Notes under the pieces: generated by a model
Told to the model about the DNA's origin: nothing
What the model saw: the letters and a program-made list of their open reading frames with translations, nothing else
Database searches by the model: none
Origin: Chara braunii
Lineage: Eukaryota; Plantae; Charophyceae
Assembly: GCA_003427395.1 (NCBI GenBank)
Contig: BFEA01000017.1
Span: 3,906,391-3,970,390 of the forward strand
Direction of reading: 5' to 3'
Length of the DNA: 64,000 bases
Shown here: positions 51,928 to 64,000 of the stretch, piece by piece
Layout of the letters: every line of letters starts with the position of its first letter
Position numbering within the stretch: position 1 is the first letter of the stretch
Translations under genes and position numbers: made by a program

Positions 51928-52459
51928 TGTTACGGACTCAGCCAGGGCTCGATCCCTGGTCCGCGGGTTACCACCCACCAGACTGCTATTCTTTTTTTTT
52001 TGAGTCTCTGATCTCCGGTTCCTGACTGTTGGTGTCCTCCGCAGTTGCCGCCCGTTCTCAAATTCCGCCTTTGGCACTTTCAGATTTCGATACTTGGCGC
52101 CATCCGGCATTCTGGCGCCCAGGCTCAGACCTTCGATTTTCAGTTCAGCCCCGAGGCAAATTGCACTTCTGGCCTCGGACTCAACTTGAGTCCGGTACTT
52201 AAGACCGGACTCGAGCTGAGTTCAGGCTTTCAGTTTTCGGCCTCAAAGCTTGTGCTTCGGTGTGACTTGCTGCGACATTGTGTTCGGAACCAAGATTGTG
52301 ACTTTGCGACTTTGCCACTTTGCCACTTTGCCACTTTGTGTCTGCGTCCGTCGAGTCGTGTCGAGTCTGTGTCGAGTCGAGTGAGTGTGTGTGTGTGTGT
52401 GCTCTCACTCCCTCCCTCTCTCTTCCCCGGCCTCGCTGCTCTGCCTCAGCCCCGTCACA
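51928..52459 (+). repeat. 5' LTR (532 bp)
   Basis: tgttacggac...cagccccgtcaca; aligns with 60338-60825. Confidence 0.92.
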
Positions 52460-52460
52460 C

Positions 52461-52472
52461 TGGTATCGGAGC
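52461..52472 (+). promoter_or_regulatory. Primer-binding site (tRNA-iMet type)
   Basis: TGGTATCGGAGC 1 nt after the LTR end; canonical form is TGGTATCAGAGC. Confidence 0.85.
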
Positions 52473-53980
52473 TGCAAACGGCCCTCCCTCCCTCCCTGTT
52501 CCGGCATCGCCATCGTCATCATCTTCGTCGTCGTCATCGCAATCGTCGTCATCCTCGTCGTCGTCGTCGCTGCCACGCCAGGGCCTCGTACCTGCCGTCG
52601 CCGCTATCGCCAGATTCGCCATGACAGCACCTCACTGCCTTCGTCATCGTCCCTGCTCCGTCACCGATCCCGAAGCTGACGCGCAGGTAAGTGACCAATA
52701 ATTTTTTTTTTTTTCTTCATTCCTTTTTTCCCCTCTTCTTCTTCCTCGTTTCTTCTCCCTCTCCTCCTTCACCATCATTGTCCCCATTTCCTCTTCCCCC
52801 CCTCCTTGTCGTCATCATCTCCCCCTCCTTCCTCTTCTTCTTCTTCGTCACCCTCTCTCCCGATCTCGACCCGTTTTCCCTCGTGCCGCTGACCGTTCCA
52901 CCGCACGACTTCCCGTGCGCCCTTTCCTCCCCCACTTTCCCCCCNNNNNNNNNNNNNNNNNNNNNNNNNNNNNNNNNNNNNNNNNNNNNNNNNNNNNNNN
53001 NNNNNNNNNNNNNNNNNNNNNNNNNNNNNNNNNNNNNNNNNNNNNNNNNNNNNNNNNNNNNNNNNNNNNNNNNNNNNNNNNNNNNNNNNNNNNNNNNNNN
53101 NNNNNNNNNNNNNNNNNNNNNNNNNNNNNNNNNNNNNNNNNNNNNNNNNNNNNNNNNNNNNNNNNNNNNNNNNNNNNNNNNNNNNNNNNNNNNNNNNNNN
53201 NNNNNNNNNNNNCTCTCACGTCCCCTCTCATCATCATCATCATCATCATCAATCTACCCGTGCAACCCCCTTTTTTAACCCTACCTACCACGCTACCACT
53301 CAATCAATTGTAGATAGGATCGCTCTGCCCTCTATTTATTTATTATATTTTTATTAAAACTCGTTCGAAAATACTTGATTAATTATCTTTTTCGACATTT
53401 CTTTTCCAAAAATATTTTCTTTTTTGAAACTTTTGAAAATACGTAGAATTAGTTATTCTTTCTTGGCATTTCTTCCTCGAAATTCGGAAATAATTTTAAT
53501 TAATTCTTTTTTGAAATTTTTGTAGTTCAAAAATATTTCAGAATTAATTAAATGCTTTTCGACATTCTTTTTCGTAATTCGGAAAAATTCCTAATCAATT
53601 CTTTTTCGGAAATTTTGTAACTGGAAAGTATTTTAGAATTAATTAAACTCTTTTCCTTTTGGTAATTCGAATGAATTCTTTGTCGACATTTCCTTGATAC
53701 TCGAAACTACTTTTAATTCATTTTTTTTCGAAAAAATTGAAGATATGCTAGAATTAATTAAATTATTTTTCGGTATTTCCTTTTTTAAATTCGAAAATAA
53801 TTTTAATTAATTCTTTCTCTTGTACGCTTTTTGATTTTTTTCTTGAACTTTGAAAACGCCTTATGATATCCTCTTTTTTTATTTTATTTTTTTTAATCCG
53901 GGAATATTTTCGAATTACTTAAATCCTTTTTTGAAATTTTCACATTTTCTTGTAAAATCTTACCCCAAATCTCCGACCTC

Positions 53981-56900
53981 GTGACACTTCTCCGCATGAT
54001 GACATCCCTCCACTCATCCATCGACAACATCAAAACACCCGTTTCCACCATCTCTGCCCGCGTGACTGCCATGGAAAATCAAACCCCCGCCATCCAGGCC
54101 GTCACCACCACGTCCCCTCCCCGGGCCTCGGATGCCACCACCATTCCCCCACCCTCCGCTCCCACATCTACACCAATCACCTCCTCCCCCACATCCACCG
54201 CCCTCTTCGCCAGCACGTCATCCACACCCCCGCCTTCATCTACCACTACCCCCACCATAGTCACCCAGCTGACAACCTCCGCCGTCACACAGTCGTCGAC
54301 CATTCCCCCCCAATCAAAACCCGTCTTGACGTCATCCGTTATCACCTTCACCCTCCCCAGCTATACCCAGATTATTCCACAAGCTATGTATCCCACCCTT
54401 CCGCTACTCCTCCCCAATGCTCTTATCCCCACCAACCCCGCCAACGATTTCACCCTGGTCGACTCTTCCTCTCCCACCCTTGATTTCAACGCCCTTGCCG
54501 CAACTACCCCCAGGGAAGGCAAAATCCCTCCATCCTTTCGCGCCAATGAGATTCCCACCTTGTCAGGCCAACCCCATGAGGATGTCTTCCTCTTTCTCAC
54601 CAAACTTCAACAAACCTTCTCCCTCCACAACATTCCTGTCGTCCACTGGCTCCCCATCGTCGGCAGCAGACTCCTAGACAGCGCCGCTCGCTGGTGGTAC
54701 ACCGAAATGACCAACCGCCATCACGCCAATCTCCGACCTCACACCTTCCTTGAGTGGGCCATCCTCATCACCTCCAACCTTCCGTCCATAGAAAATGGTC
54801 GACGACTACATCGACCAATTCTGCCGGCTCCAACAAAACGGCTCAACCGACCGTTTTGTACAATACGTCCGCTCGCTTCGTTAACATATCCCCATCGATA
54901 TTGTGAACGACTTCTCATTCATCTCCAGCGTTAAGTGCGTATGCCGCAAAGACCTAGCGGCCGCCCTTGTCCGCGAGCCACCCATGCCCCTCGCCGACCT
55001 CCTCACTCGTGCCCTCCAAATCGACTGCTTCTTCTCCCCCTACAAGATCGCAATTACATCGGCCCCTCCCCGCCCTTGCTTCTTCCACAACATCGCCTCT
55101 GAGGACACCACCTCCACCACCTCCTCGGACGAGTTCACCACCCCCGACCCCGACACCCTCTCCGATCCACTGGACACCACATCGCTTTCCTCTGACGAAC
55201 TCTCTACCATTCACCTCATGCAGATGGAAAGGAGAGAACGCACCAGCCGTCCTCCCATAAACACCCCCGGAACCCGTCTCACGAAACTCACGCCGGAGGA
55301 GTGAACCTACCTCCAAGCTAAGGGTGGATGTTTCCGGTGCTGACAGTTAGGACATCAGCAAACAAGTTGTCCGAATACCAGACAGTTCACACGTCAAGCA
55401 CCCAGGTCCGCGATTTCCCAACCAGCCGCTTCCGCATCCGCCATTCACGGCCCCTCCTCCACTTGAACATTGTCCCCATGATCACCACGAACCCGCCCCG
55501 GCATCGACGACTAGTCTGCCGGCAATCCCATCGGTGACGATCCCACCCCACCGGTGACCCATTTGGCATGGACAACAAGTCTGCCTCCCCCCTCCCCGGT
55601 GCTGCACATTCCACAGGACGACCCCCAGGCGCCCCAACCCACGTCGCCTGACGCCCCCCTCACTGCCACATGTTCCTCAACCCTCCTTTTGAATCCCTCC
55701 TTTGTCACCTTCTCTGATGTTGTCGAGGAACAAGCCCGATTCGATCAGCTTGTCCGATTTGGCAATGAACAACGTCGCCTCAACACCATTATCTGCACTG
55801 GGAACTCATCATGCTTTCACCTCAAATTCATCATCGCCACCCTTGGTGCGTCTACGACCAAGTTCCGGACCGTCCTCGACATTGGAGCCACCGGTAACTT
55901 CATCACCGACGCGTGTCCAAAATGCCGGTCTTACCTCTACTAGTTAGGACTCCCCGATTACGATTCATTCAGGGGAAAAAGACACTGCCGTCGTAGTAGA
56001 TCGCACGGTTCCCGAGACCACCATGACTGTCGGAACCCTCCGTAGTCAGGTTTCATTCGATGTCATGCACTTAAATGTGCGACATCGTTTTGGGAACACC
56101 GTGGCTGGACTGCTACATGCCATACTCGTTCCACCTCAACTTCATCCGCCTTGCCAACCCCCCTGACATAACCATCGACATTCCCTATCACCCCTATCCA
56201 CCCTCCCCAAGCTCCATCACCGCACACTAATTCCTTCATATGGCTCGTACGTACCCTGACTCCACCTACTATTGCCTTGTCCTTGATCGCAAGCGTCCGG
56301 AGAACTTGCTCCCAACAGATAAATCCGACCAAGCCCCACCCTCCGACCCCACCCTCACCTCCATCCTCGACGAGTTCAAGGACGTTTTCCCCGAGTCCTT
56401 GTCCGCCGGATCGCCTCTGGATAGTGGGGTATCCCACACCATTGATTTGGATCTCGGTCACTCTCCACCTTGCCGCCCTCCGTACCAACTCTCCGTTCCG
56501 GAAGCCAAAGAAATGAAGCGGCAACTCAATGAACTCCTTGAAAAAGGATTCACTAAGCCAAGTTCATCCCCCTTCGGCACAAGGTGCCTTTTCGTCAAGA
56601 AAGGCACAAACATTGGAACTCCGGCTGTGCACAGACTACCGCGCCTTGAATCAGACCACGATCAGGAACAAGTTCCCCCTGGCTTGGATCTCAGAGCTTC
56701 TTGATCACCTCAGTGGAGCCAAATAATTTACCAAAATTGACCTCCGAAGTGGCTTCCACCAGATCCTCATTCCATTCTCGCTTCGGGCACTACGAGTTCC
56801 TCATGATGCCCTCCGGACTCACCAACGCGCCCACCACATTCCAACCCACCATGAACCACATCTTTCGCGACCTCCACGAAGTCTGTGTCGTCGTTTACCT

Positions 56901-59305
56901 CGATGATATCCTTGTCTATAGCCCCACCTTCGAGTCCCACCTTCAGCATCTCCGCCAAGTCCTTTGTATCCTCAGAGAGCGAAAATTTTACGCCAAGCTC
57001 AGCAAATGCACCTTTGCCGCTTCAAGCGTGGAATACCTTGGCCACATCGTCTCCGATGAAGGTATCCGCATGGACCCCTCGAAGGTCACCGCCCTCCTCG
57101 AGTATCCAACATCCAAGACCCTTTTCCAACTTTGCTCATTTCTCGACCTTGCCAACTACTACCGCCCGTTTATCTGCAACTTCTCCGACATCTCGTACCC
57201 CCTCCACGAACTCACCCGCAAGGACGAACCCTTCACTTGGAACGACCGCCGCGAAAACGCCGTCGACTTTCTCAAACAAACCATCACCACGGCCCCCGTC
57301 CTCAAGATCGCCGACCCGTCTCGACATTTCTACGTTACCACTGACACATCCGAATTCGCCCTTGGAGCCGTCCTATCCCAACACTTGCCCCGCGACACCT
57401 CTGAAACCCCCTCCATCGAAAACTCCCCCACCCACCCCGAGGCTCCACCCGGCGAGTACCCCATTGCCTTCACTAGCAAGAAGCTCCTTCCCGCGGAGAT
57501 GAACTACCCCTCCAACGAGAAGGAACTCCTCGCCGTGATCCCTGCCTTCAAAGTCTGGCGCCCGTACCTCGACGGGCAATACTTCACCATCCGCACGGAC
57601 AACGCCCTCGTTTGCTCTATCCTCACCAAGAAAGACGTCACGCCGCGCCAAGCCCGTTGGGTAGACTTTCTTGCCCAGTTCACATTCACCATTTGCCACA
57701 CCCCCGGCAAAAGCAACCGCGTTGCTGATGCCCTCTCTCGACGCCCCGTCAACCCCTCAAACCACGCCAAGCTCGGCAAGCTGCAAGCATTGCCGATCCC
57801 CACCCACCGGTGGCATTCCATCTCCATGGACTTTGTCTGCGGTCGACCGCGGACGTGATTGCATCTATGTCCTTGTTTGCCGCTTGACTAAACGCGCCGG
57901 CCTCATCCCTTGCACCACATTGCACAACGCCAAGGACGTCACCGTTCTCTTCTTTGACCATGTCGCACGCTATCACGGTCTCCCCGAGAACATCATCAGG
58001 GACCGTGACCCTCGCTTCCTTTCACAATTTTGGAAACACCTCTTTAAATCCTACGGAACCGCGCTCAAGTATAGCACTGCATTCCACCCCCAGACCGATG
58101 GACTAACCGAGAAGATGAACTATACTCTCCAAAGAATCCTGCGGAAGTATTGTCATCCGCAGTTGCTCACAGCCGCCGAGATCGCCTATAACAATGCCTT
58201 CTGCCCTTCAATTGGTATGTCCCCGTTCTACCTCGACCTTGGCTACCATCCTCGCTTGCCCTCCGACTTCTTGCTCCCTTCACAACTCAACCCCTCCAAC
58301 CCCTGTCCTTCTCTTAATGAATGGGTAACAACAATGAATAGACTCCTCAGAGAAGCTACCGAAGCCCTTGAATGAACACAAGAACAACAGGCCAACAAGA
58401 CTAGCAAACACAGACGTGACGTGTCATTCAATAAAGGGGACAAAGTCTGGCTCTCCGCCAAACGCTTTCCCTTCACATCTCGACCCCTACACCCCCTGCC
58501 CTTCTCCCAAGGAATGGGTAGCAACAATGAAAAGACTCCTCAATGAATGGGTAGCAACAATGAATAGACTCCTCAGAGAAGCTACTGAAGCCCTTGAACG
58601 AACACAAGAACAACAAGCCAACAAGACTAACAAACACAGACATGACGTGTCATTCAAAAAAGGGGACGAAGTATGGCTCTCCGCCAAACACTTTCCCTTC
58701 ACAACTCGACCCCTACACCCCCTGCCCTTCTCTCCCAAGGAATGGGTGGCAACAATGAACAGACTCCTCAGAGAAGCTACCGAAGCCCTTGAACGAACAC
58801 AAGAACAAGAAGTCAAGAAGACTAACAAACACAGACGCGACGTGTCATTCAAAAAAGGGGACAAAGTCTGGCTCTCCGCCAAACCCTTTGAACCCGAACA
58901 CGGTATGTCCAAGAAACTCTCGAACAAGTGGCTCGGACCCTTCCCCATCATTGAAAAAACCGCCCCCGTCAACTACAAACTCAACTCCCTGCTGACATGA
59001 GTAGTGTCCACCCTGTCTTCCACGTCAAATACCTAAAAGAATACCGTGAATCCCCACCCCAATTTGCTGACCACCCATGCCCTAGACCTCCACCAGTCAT
59101 GTTACTCACAGGCCCTGAATTCGTCCTCGAAGCCATCATAGGACGAACAACTACTCAGGTATCTGACCACACTGAACCAATCACAGAATACAACGTTAAA
59201 TGGGCAGGATACCCTGACGAAGAATCCGCATGGGAACCTCTTGCTAACCTTAAGAATGCTATGAAACTTGTTCACGCCTATGATCGTGCTCACCCTATAT
59301 CCTAG
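53981..59305 (+). pseudogene. Disrupted gag-pol of the chromovirus
   Basis: gag (LLDSAARWW), knuckle CFRC*QLGHQQTSCP (~55329), protease VLDIGATGNF (~55870), RT LRLCTDYRALN and VVYLDDILVYS, RNase H TDTSEFALGAVL...NRVADALSRRP, integrase SISMDF...STAFHPQTDGLTE, KWLGPF, chromodomain EFVLEAII...YNVKWAGYPDEESAWEP. Multiple stops and frameshifts. Confidence 0.93.
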
Positions 59306-59999
59306 ATACATAATATAACTCAAACCATAAACCGTTGCATAAACCCCACCTTGACCCCGCCAAAGCCCCGCATTCCTGGTCTACACACACCCCTGTACCC
59401 AGCGAAGCCCTTGCCTCTGTACCCAACGAAGCCCTTGCCTCTTGACCCCCCCCCCCCCCCCCTTCCCCCACCTCTCCTCCACCACATCCTTGTCTCTCTT
59501 GTCCAAGTTGTCTATGTGGCCCCTGCGCGTCGCCGGCGATAATGGATCTAATGGCANGCGCACGAGGACGATGGCATGCTGCAGCTCAGTACGAGGAGAT
59601 AAGACAGCNGGTTGGCCACCATGCTGTTCCCTTTGGCCGGCGCCTTGGACTCGCAGACTTCTGGAGCAGCACCTCTGACATGGACATCAAGATCAGTCTG
59701 CGACCTGCTATCCGGATCAGACCTCGTCACCAGATCGTGTACCGGACGCAACCTGCTACTGGGACAATGAAGCCCTCGCCGTCCATATCACAGAACTGCT
59801 GAAGACTGCTTCCTCACTGGCACTTCTGCGACACCCGCCAAGACCTTCCTCAAGACATTTTTCGCCTCTGACACTTCGTTACAGACCTGAGACGTTGTTT
59901 TCCCAGACTTCCTCAGACACCCCACCACTTGAGCATTGAACAAACAATGGTTTTTTTTTTTTTTTTTTTTTTTTTTTTCCTTAAACCTGACAGCCCACA

Positions 60000-60230
60000 A
60001 CCTTGTAGAACACCAATAGGACTGCCCTGTTACCTGTAGAAGCTCAATAAGATTACCCTGTTACTTGAGCATTGATTCCGTCATCCCTATAGAACCTTAG
60101 TTGGATTACCCTGTTACTTGAGCATTGATTCCCTCACCCCTGTAGAACCTCAATAGGATTACCCTGTTACCTGAACATTGATTCCCTCATCCATGTAGAA
60201 CCCCCATAGGATTACCCTGCTACTTGCATT
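60000..60230. repeat. ~50-55-bp tandem repeat in the retrotransposon 3' region
   Basis: ggattaccctgttacttgagcattgattccctcatccctgtagaacc-like units, about 4 copies. Confidence 0.85.
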
Positions 60231-60337
60231 ACTCCCCCTTTCCATTTCTGAACAGTGATCGGCCCTGTCCCGTTCTTCACAGTTGTTCATTGGGTCTTTG
60301 GTAGCCGGGACGTTGCCTTCCAATGGTCCGTGGGTAA

Positions 60338-60825
60338 TGGTCCGTGGGTTACCACCCGCCAGGCTGTTGTTCCACTTTTTTTGAGTCTCTGATCTCCGGT
60401 TCCTGACTGTTGGCGCCCTCTGCAGTTGGCGCCCGTTCTCAAATCCCGCCTCTGGCACTTCCGGATTTCGATACTTGGCATCATCCGGTGTTCTGGCGCC
60501 CAGACTCAGACCTTCGATTTTCAGTTCAGCCTCGAGGCAAATTGCACTTCTGCCCTCTGATGCAACTCGAGTCCGGTACTTAAGACCGGACTCGAGCTGA
60601 GTTCGGGCATTCAGTTTTCGGCCTCAGTGCTTGTGCTTCAGTGTGACTTGCTGCGACATTGTGTTCGGAACCGAGATTGTGACTTGCGACTTTACCACTG
60701 CCACTTTGTGTCTGCGTCCGTCAAGTCGCGTCGAGTCCGTGTCGAGTCGAGTGAGTGTGTGTGTGTGCTCTCACTCCCTCCCTCTCTCTTCCCCGGCCTC
60801 GCTGCTCTGCATCAGCCCCGTCACA
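60338..60825 (+). repeat. 3' LTR, lacking the first ~30 bp
   Basis: Homology to the 5' LTR begins at tggtccgtgggttaccaccc; ends cagccccgtcaca|ATATG. Confidence 0.9.
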
Positions 60826-61568
60826 ATATGGGTTGGGTGGGGGATGGGTTTGTTGAGGAATGATGCGGTTGTTCCATTGCTTATGCAGCTCAGGTGTTCT
60901 TCCAGCTCGATGCACATGCTTGTATTTGATGCACCACCGACGGCAATGTCAGCGCTCTCGCCTTATGCTTGTATTTGATGCACTGCCGACGGCAATGTCA
61001 CTGCTCTGGGCTTGAATCAAAGAGTTGGTCTCTGTTTGCTAAGAGAAGACTCGTTCCTATATTGTTTCGTTTGGATGCGGTGTGTCATGCATGCTATTGC
61101 TGGGAAATGGACTCCTCATACTTCGAGCACTTTGACTTTTCCCCAGCTTCAGTGTGGATGCGCTGAATTTGTGCATGTGTGGAACAGGGCTTTGACTATT
61201 CCCGTCCTAGGCATGCTCCTTTGTTCTACCGCCTGCAAAAAATTATGATTCACAATGTTGTCTTCTTGCTGGGTTGCCTGTTTGGTGTTGCAATTAGTTC
61301 ACGGCGTTGCTTTGAATATGCCCCTCACTATGTTTGACAGCTGGACTGCTTGTTTGTGGTTTGCAGGGGTCTGTTCATATGCGCAAGGGCCTTCGGCCAT
61401 GTGCCTGCAACAGAAGCTGGGGTTGTGAGCATTCGGGTCCTCCTGTTAATCCTGCTCGACCTCCTGGATACCAGACACCGGTATGTTTTCTCTTCTGTGT
61501 TCTTGCTTCCCACCCTCTTTTTCAAGTTTCTCATGGAATGGAGGGGTACGCGCCCTGTGAGTCTAGAG

Positions 61569-61758
61569 CCTAGCTCAGCGGGTACACCCATGAACTGTTG
61601 AAATACAGACCCGGGTTCCAATCCAGATGATGGAAATTTTTGACGAGTATGTTACCGAAGATGTCCTAGCTCAGCGGGTACACCCATGAACTGTTGAAAT
61701 ACAGGCCCGGGTTCGAATCCAGATGATGGAAATTAATGAGTATGTTACCCAAGATGTC
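61569..61758 (+). mobile_element. Tandemly duplicated (96-bp period) tRNA-like SINE head, family 2
   Basis: cctagctcagcgggta (A-box-like)...ctgttgaaatacag...gggttcgaatcc (B box) at 61569 and 61665; no acceptor stem, so not a tRNA gene. Confidence 0.7.
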
Positions 61759-61968
61759 TGTGGGGGGCCCAGAGTTTTCAATAATTCGGAGGCTGTGGTA
61801 CCTGCACCAAGTCGACTGTTCCAACGGCCGGTACAGGTCCACTTTTAGGCTCTCAGCGAAATGGAGTTTTTGCAACTTTTTGGTTGATCAGTTTAGCTGT
61901 GGATGGACTGGTTGTTTAACGTCCTGATGATGGGTTTTCTGTTTTGATGACGTAAACTGTGTATGTAG

Positions 61969-62145
61969 GAGTATGTGACACAACAGCATGGGAGGCCTTC
62001 ACATCAGATGATGGATAACTATAACCGGCCGGGAATGGGTGCGGGATTCCTTCACAACGGAGGAAGTGGGTGGAGGAGACCATCCACAGGTTCGATGATG
62101 CCTCATAGATGCTCTCCTGAGCGCAAATGGGTCCTTGGCATTCAG
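61969..62145 (+). CDS. SnRK1: SnRK1 alpha exon 8 (linker to ERKWxLG); gene continues beyond the window
   Basis: TGTAG|EYVTQQHGRPSHQMMDNY...CSPERKWVLGIQ|GTAAGG. ERKW(A/V)LG(L/I)Q is conserved in plant SnRK1. The acceptor position is less certain than the donor. Confidence 0.85.
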
Positions 62146-63605
62146 GTAAGGCAACAATCAACTCTCTTTACTCTTTTTATGTTCTGCTGCACGCCCGTTC
62201 TTAGTTGGTGCAGTGATTTGTGTGTGTGTTTTTAATCCTTTTGCACAATGATGTCACAGCTGTGTCAATAGGCCGGGGTTGACGAATTGAACCGCTTTGT
62301 GCTGGATAACGGAATGCCTCGTGTGCTCCTTTCTATTCTGTCCGTCTGATTGCATCTGGATTCGAAGTCCGGTCTGTATTTCAACAGTATGTGGGCGTAC
62401 CAAGTGAGCTAGGCTCGTTGGTGCCTTGTGTGTTTCTGTTTGTGAATGGACCTGAGATATATCGGAGGCTATAACTGTGAAAAGAAATACCATTTAGATT
62501 TAGATCTTCGACAACCAAACCTCCCGGCCCTGGACGACAGGGAAGCCCGATGGCCCTCTGATGATTCACCCCTCGAACTGTGTTAGTGTGAAATAGTACT
62601 CGGTTGCCGATTCCTTTCCCCTGCACAGCAGACGTGATATATTTCATTGCTTTTGCCTGTTAGGAATTTGCCGGACTTCAATTACGTCCCATGCACATCA
62701 CGCAAAGAAAGTGAATCGGAGGCAGAATTATGAAAATCACAATTGATAGGAAGCTTTACACCAACACCGTATTGAAGGACCTGGGACCACATAAGCATAC
62801 TCGATAAGAACGAGGAAAAACCATATATGTCCGCTTGGGCACCTGGCTCCACTGAGCAGGCTGCAAAAATTGGTGCTCGCAACCGTGTACAGAACGGCCA
62901 GAACAACACTGGATATTGCTCATCCCAGACTCCCGCTCTCGGCTGCCCAAATGTAGCGCCGCTGCTCCTCCCTGTCGCTCCTAGCTCGTCACTTTTATTG
63001 AGTCGAATTTGCCAGGGCATACAGGGTCGTACTGGGCTCTTGCCTAGAGGCTTTTAGATGTCTAGCTGAGTGGTGCAGTCGGACTCGTCTTCTTTCTTAC
63101 TCAGCATGCCTGAAAACAGAGCGCAATCACACTGGAGACGAGCGCCCACACAAAGCCCAGAGACATCGTGGCCAAGAACACAGTTCAGATTCAACTTGCT
63201 TCGAATGGCTATGGCGCCTGTGCGCCCTCGCAACACCCTTCCACGCTGCATCCTCAGCAACTGTTCACCCACACGCTACTCTGGATCTCCCTGGATGTCC
63301 CACACACGCACACAACTCACTGCACCCTCATACACAAACACGCTGTAGCCTATCTCTGACGTAGCGCAGCTATGGCTGCTGGCTAACTCTACCACTGACT
63401 AGCGGCTATGGCCGCTTCATCTCCCTCTCAGCCCCACTTCTTCCTCGGGCACCTGCAGACCTCCTTTGCACAAGTCGCTCAGGAAGCGCTTCCACAAGAC
63501 TCAGTCTGAATGAATGAATAACTGGACGCTGCCTCTTGATTTATACTTTGGTTGGTCGCCAGTCTGCTCCTTTCCATCGGACCTAGCATGCACACAGTCC
63601 CACAT

Positions 63606-63643
63606 CTGTCTCTTATACACATCTAGATGTGTATAAGAGACAG
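63606..63643. other. Nextera mate-pair junction adapter with artefactual 143-bp duplication
   Basis: Exact 38-bp ME-ME adapter between identical copies 63463-63605 and 63644-63786. Confidence 0.98.
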
Positions 63644-64000
63644 CCTTTGCACAAGTCGCTCAGGAAGCGCTTCCACAAGACTCAGTCTGAATGAATGAAT
63701 AACTGGACGCTGCCTCTTGATTTATACTTTGGTTGGTCGCCAGTCTGCTCCTTTCCATCGGACCTAGCATGCACACAGTCCCACATGGTACTTGCTGACT
63801 GGACAAGGTGCGACTGCGACTGGGTACCGCTGACTGGAACTGGTAAAGTTTGCCCACTTGCCCACTTGCTTACGGACTGCTGCCAAGACTCTCAAAGGGG
63901 CAGTCCTAGAAGACTCTAGACCTTCCTACTTGCCCTTTCGGTACTGTAGCACTACGACTAAGGTTGACCCTTCAGACCTACAGCGGCTACGACCAGACAT

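Larger units (their letters stand above)
51928..60825 (+). mobile_element. Ty3/gypsy chromovirus-type LTR retrotransposon (decayed) inserted in SnRK1 intron 7
   Basis: TG...CA termini with 5-bp TSD ATATG (51923-51927 / 60826-60830); two LTRs; PBS; gag-PR-RT-RH-INT-chromodomain order. Confidence 0.95.

Overview
Eukaryotic, repeat-rich draft-assembly sequence with N gaps. A green-plant/streptophyte origin is likely; the giant introns, microsatellite load and mate-pair artefacts would fit a charophyte alga such as Chara, which is inference only. The main feature is a + strand SnRK1 alpha (SNF1/AMPK/KIN10-type) kinase gene. Eight GT-AG coding exons between 13299 and 62145 splice in frame to about 416 aa (kinase, UBA, linker up to ERKWVLGIQ); the KA1 C-terminus lies beyond the window. 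Four introns are 10-12 kb and hold many insertions: a TSD-flanked Ty3/gypsy chromovirus (51928-60825), seven copies of a TA-flanked hairpin MITE family, two tRNA-derived SINE-like families, three U6 snRNA copies, two mitochondrial insertions (rrn18, atp1) and many minisatellites. A decayed minus-strand Ty3/gypsy element occupies about 2-5.2 kb. The most striking observation is a tandem array of three type III hammerhead ribozyme motifs (about 114-122 nt monomers, one with an intact core) in the sense strand of SnRK1 intron 3 (30939-31229). Two Nextera mate-pair junction adapters (42537, 63606) are assembly artefacts.
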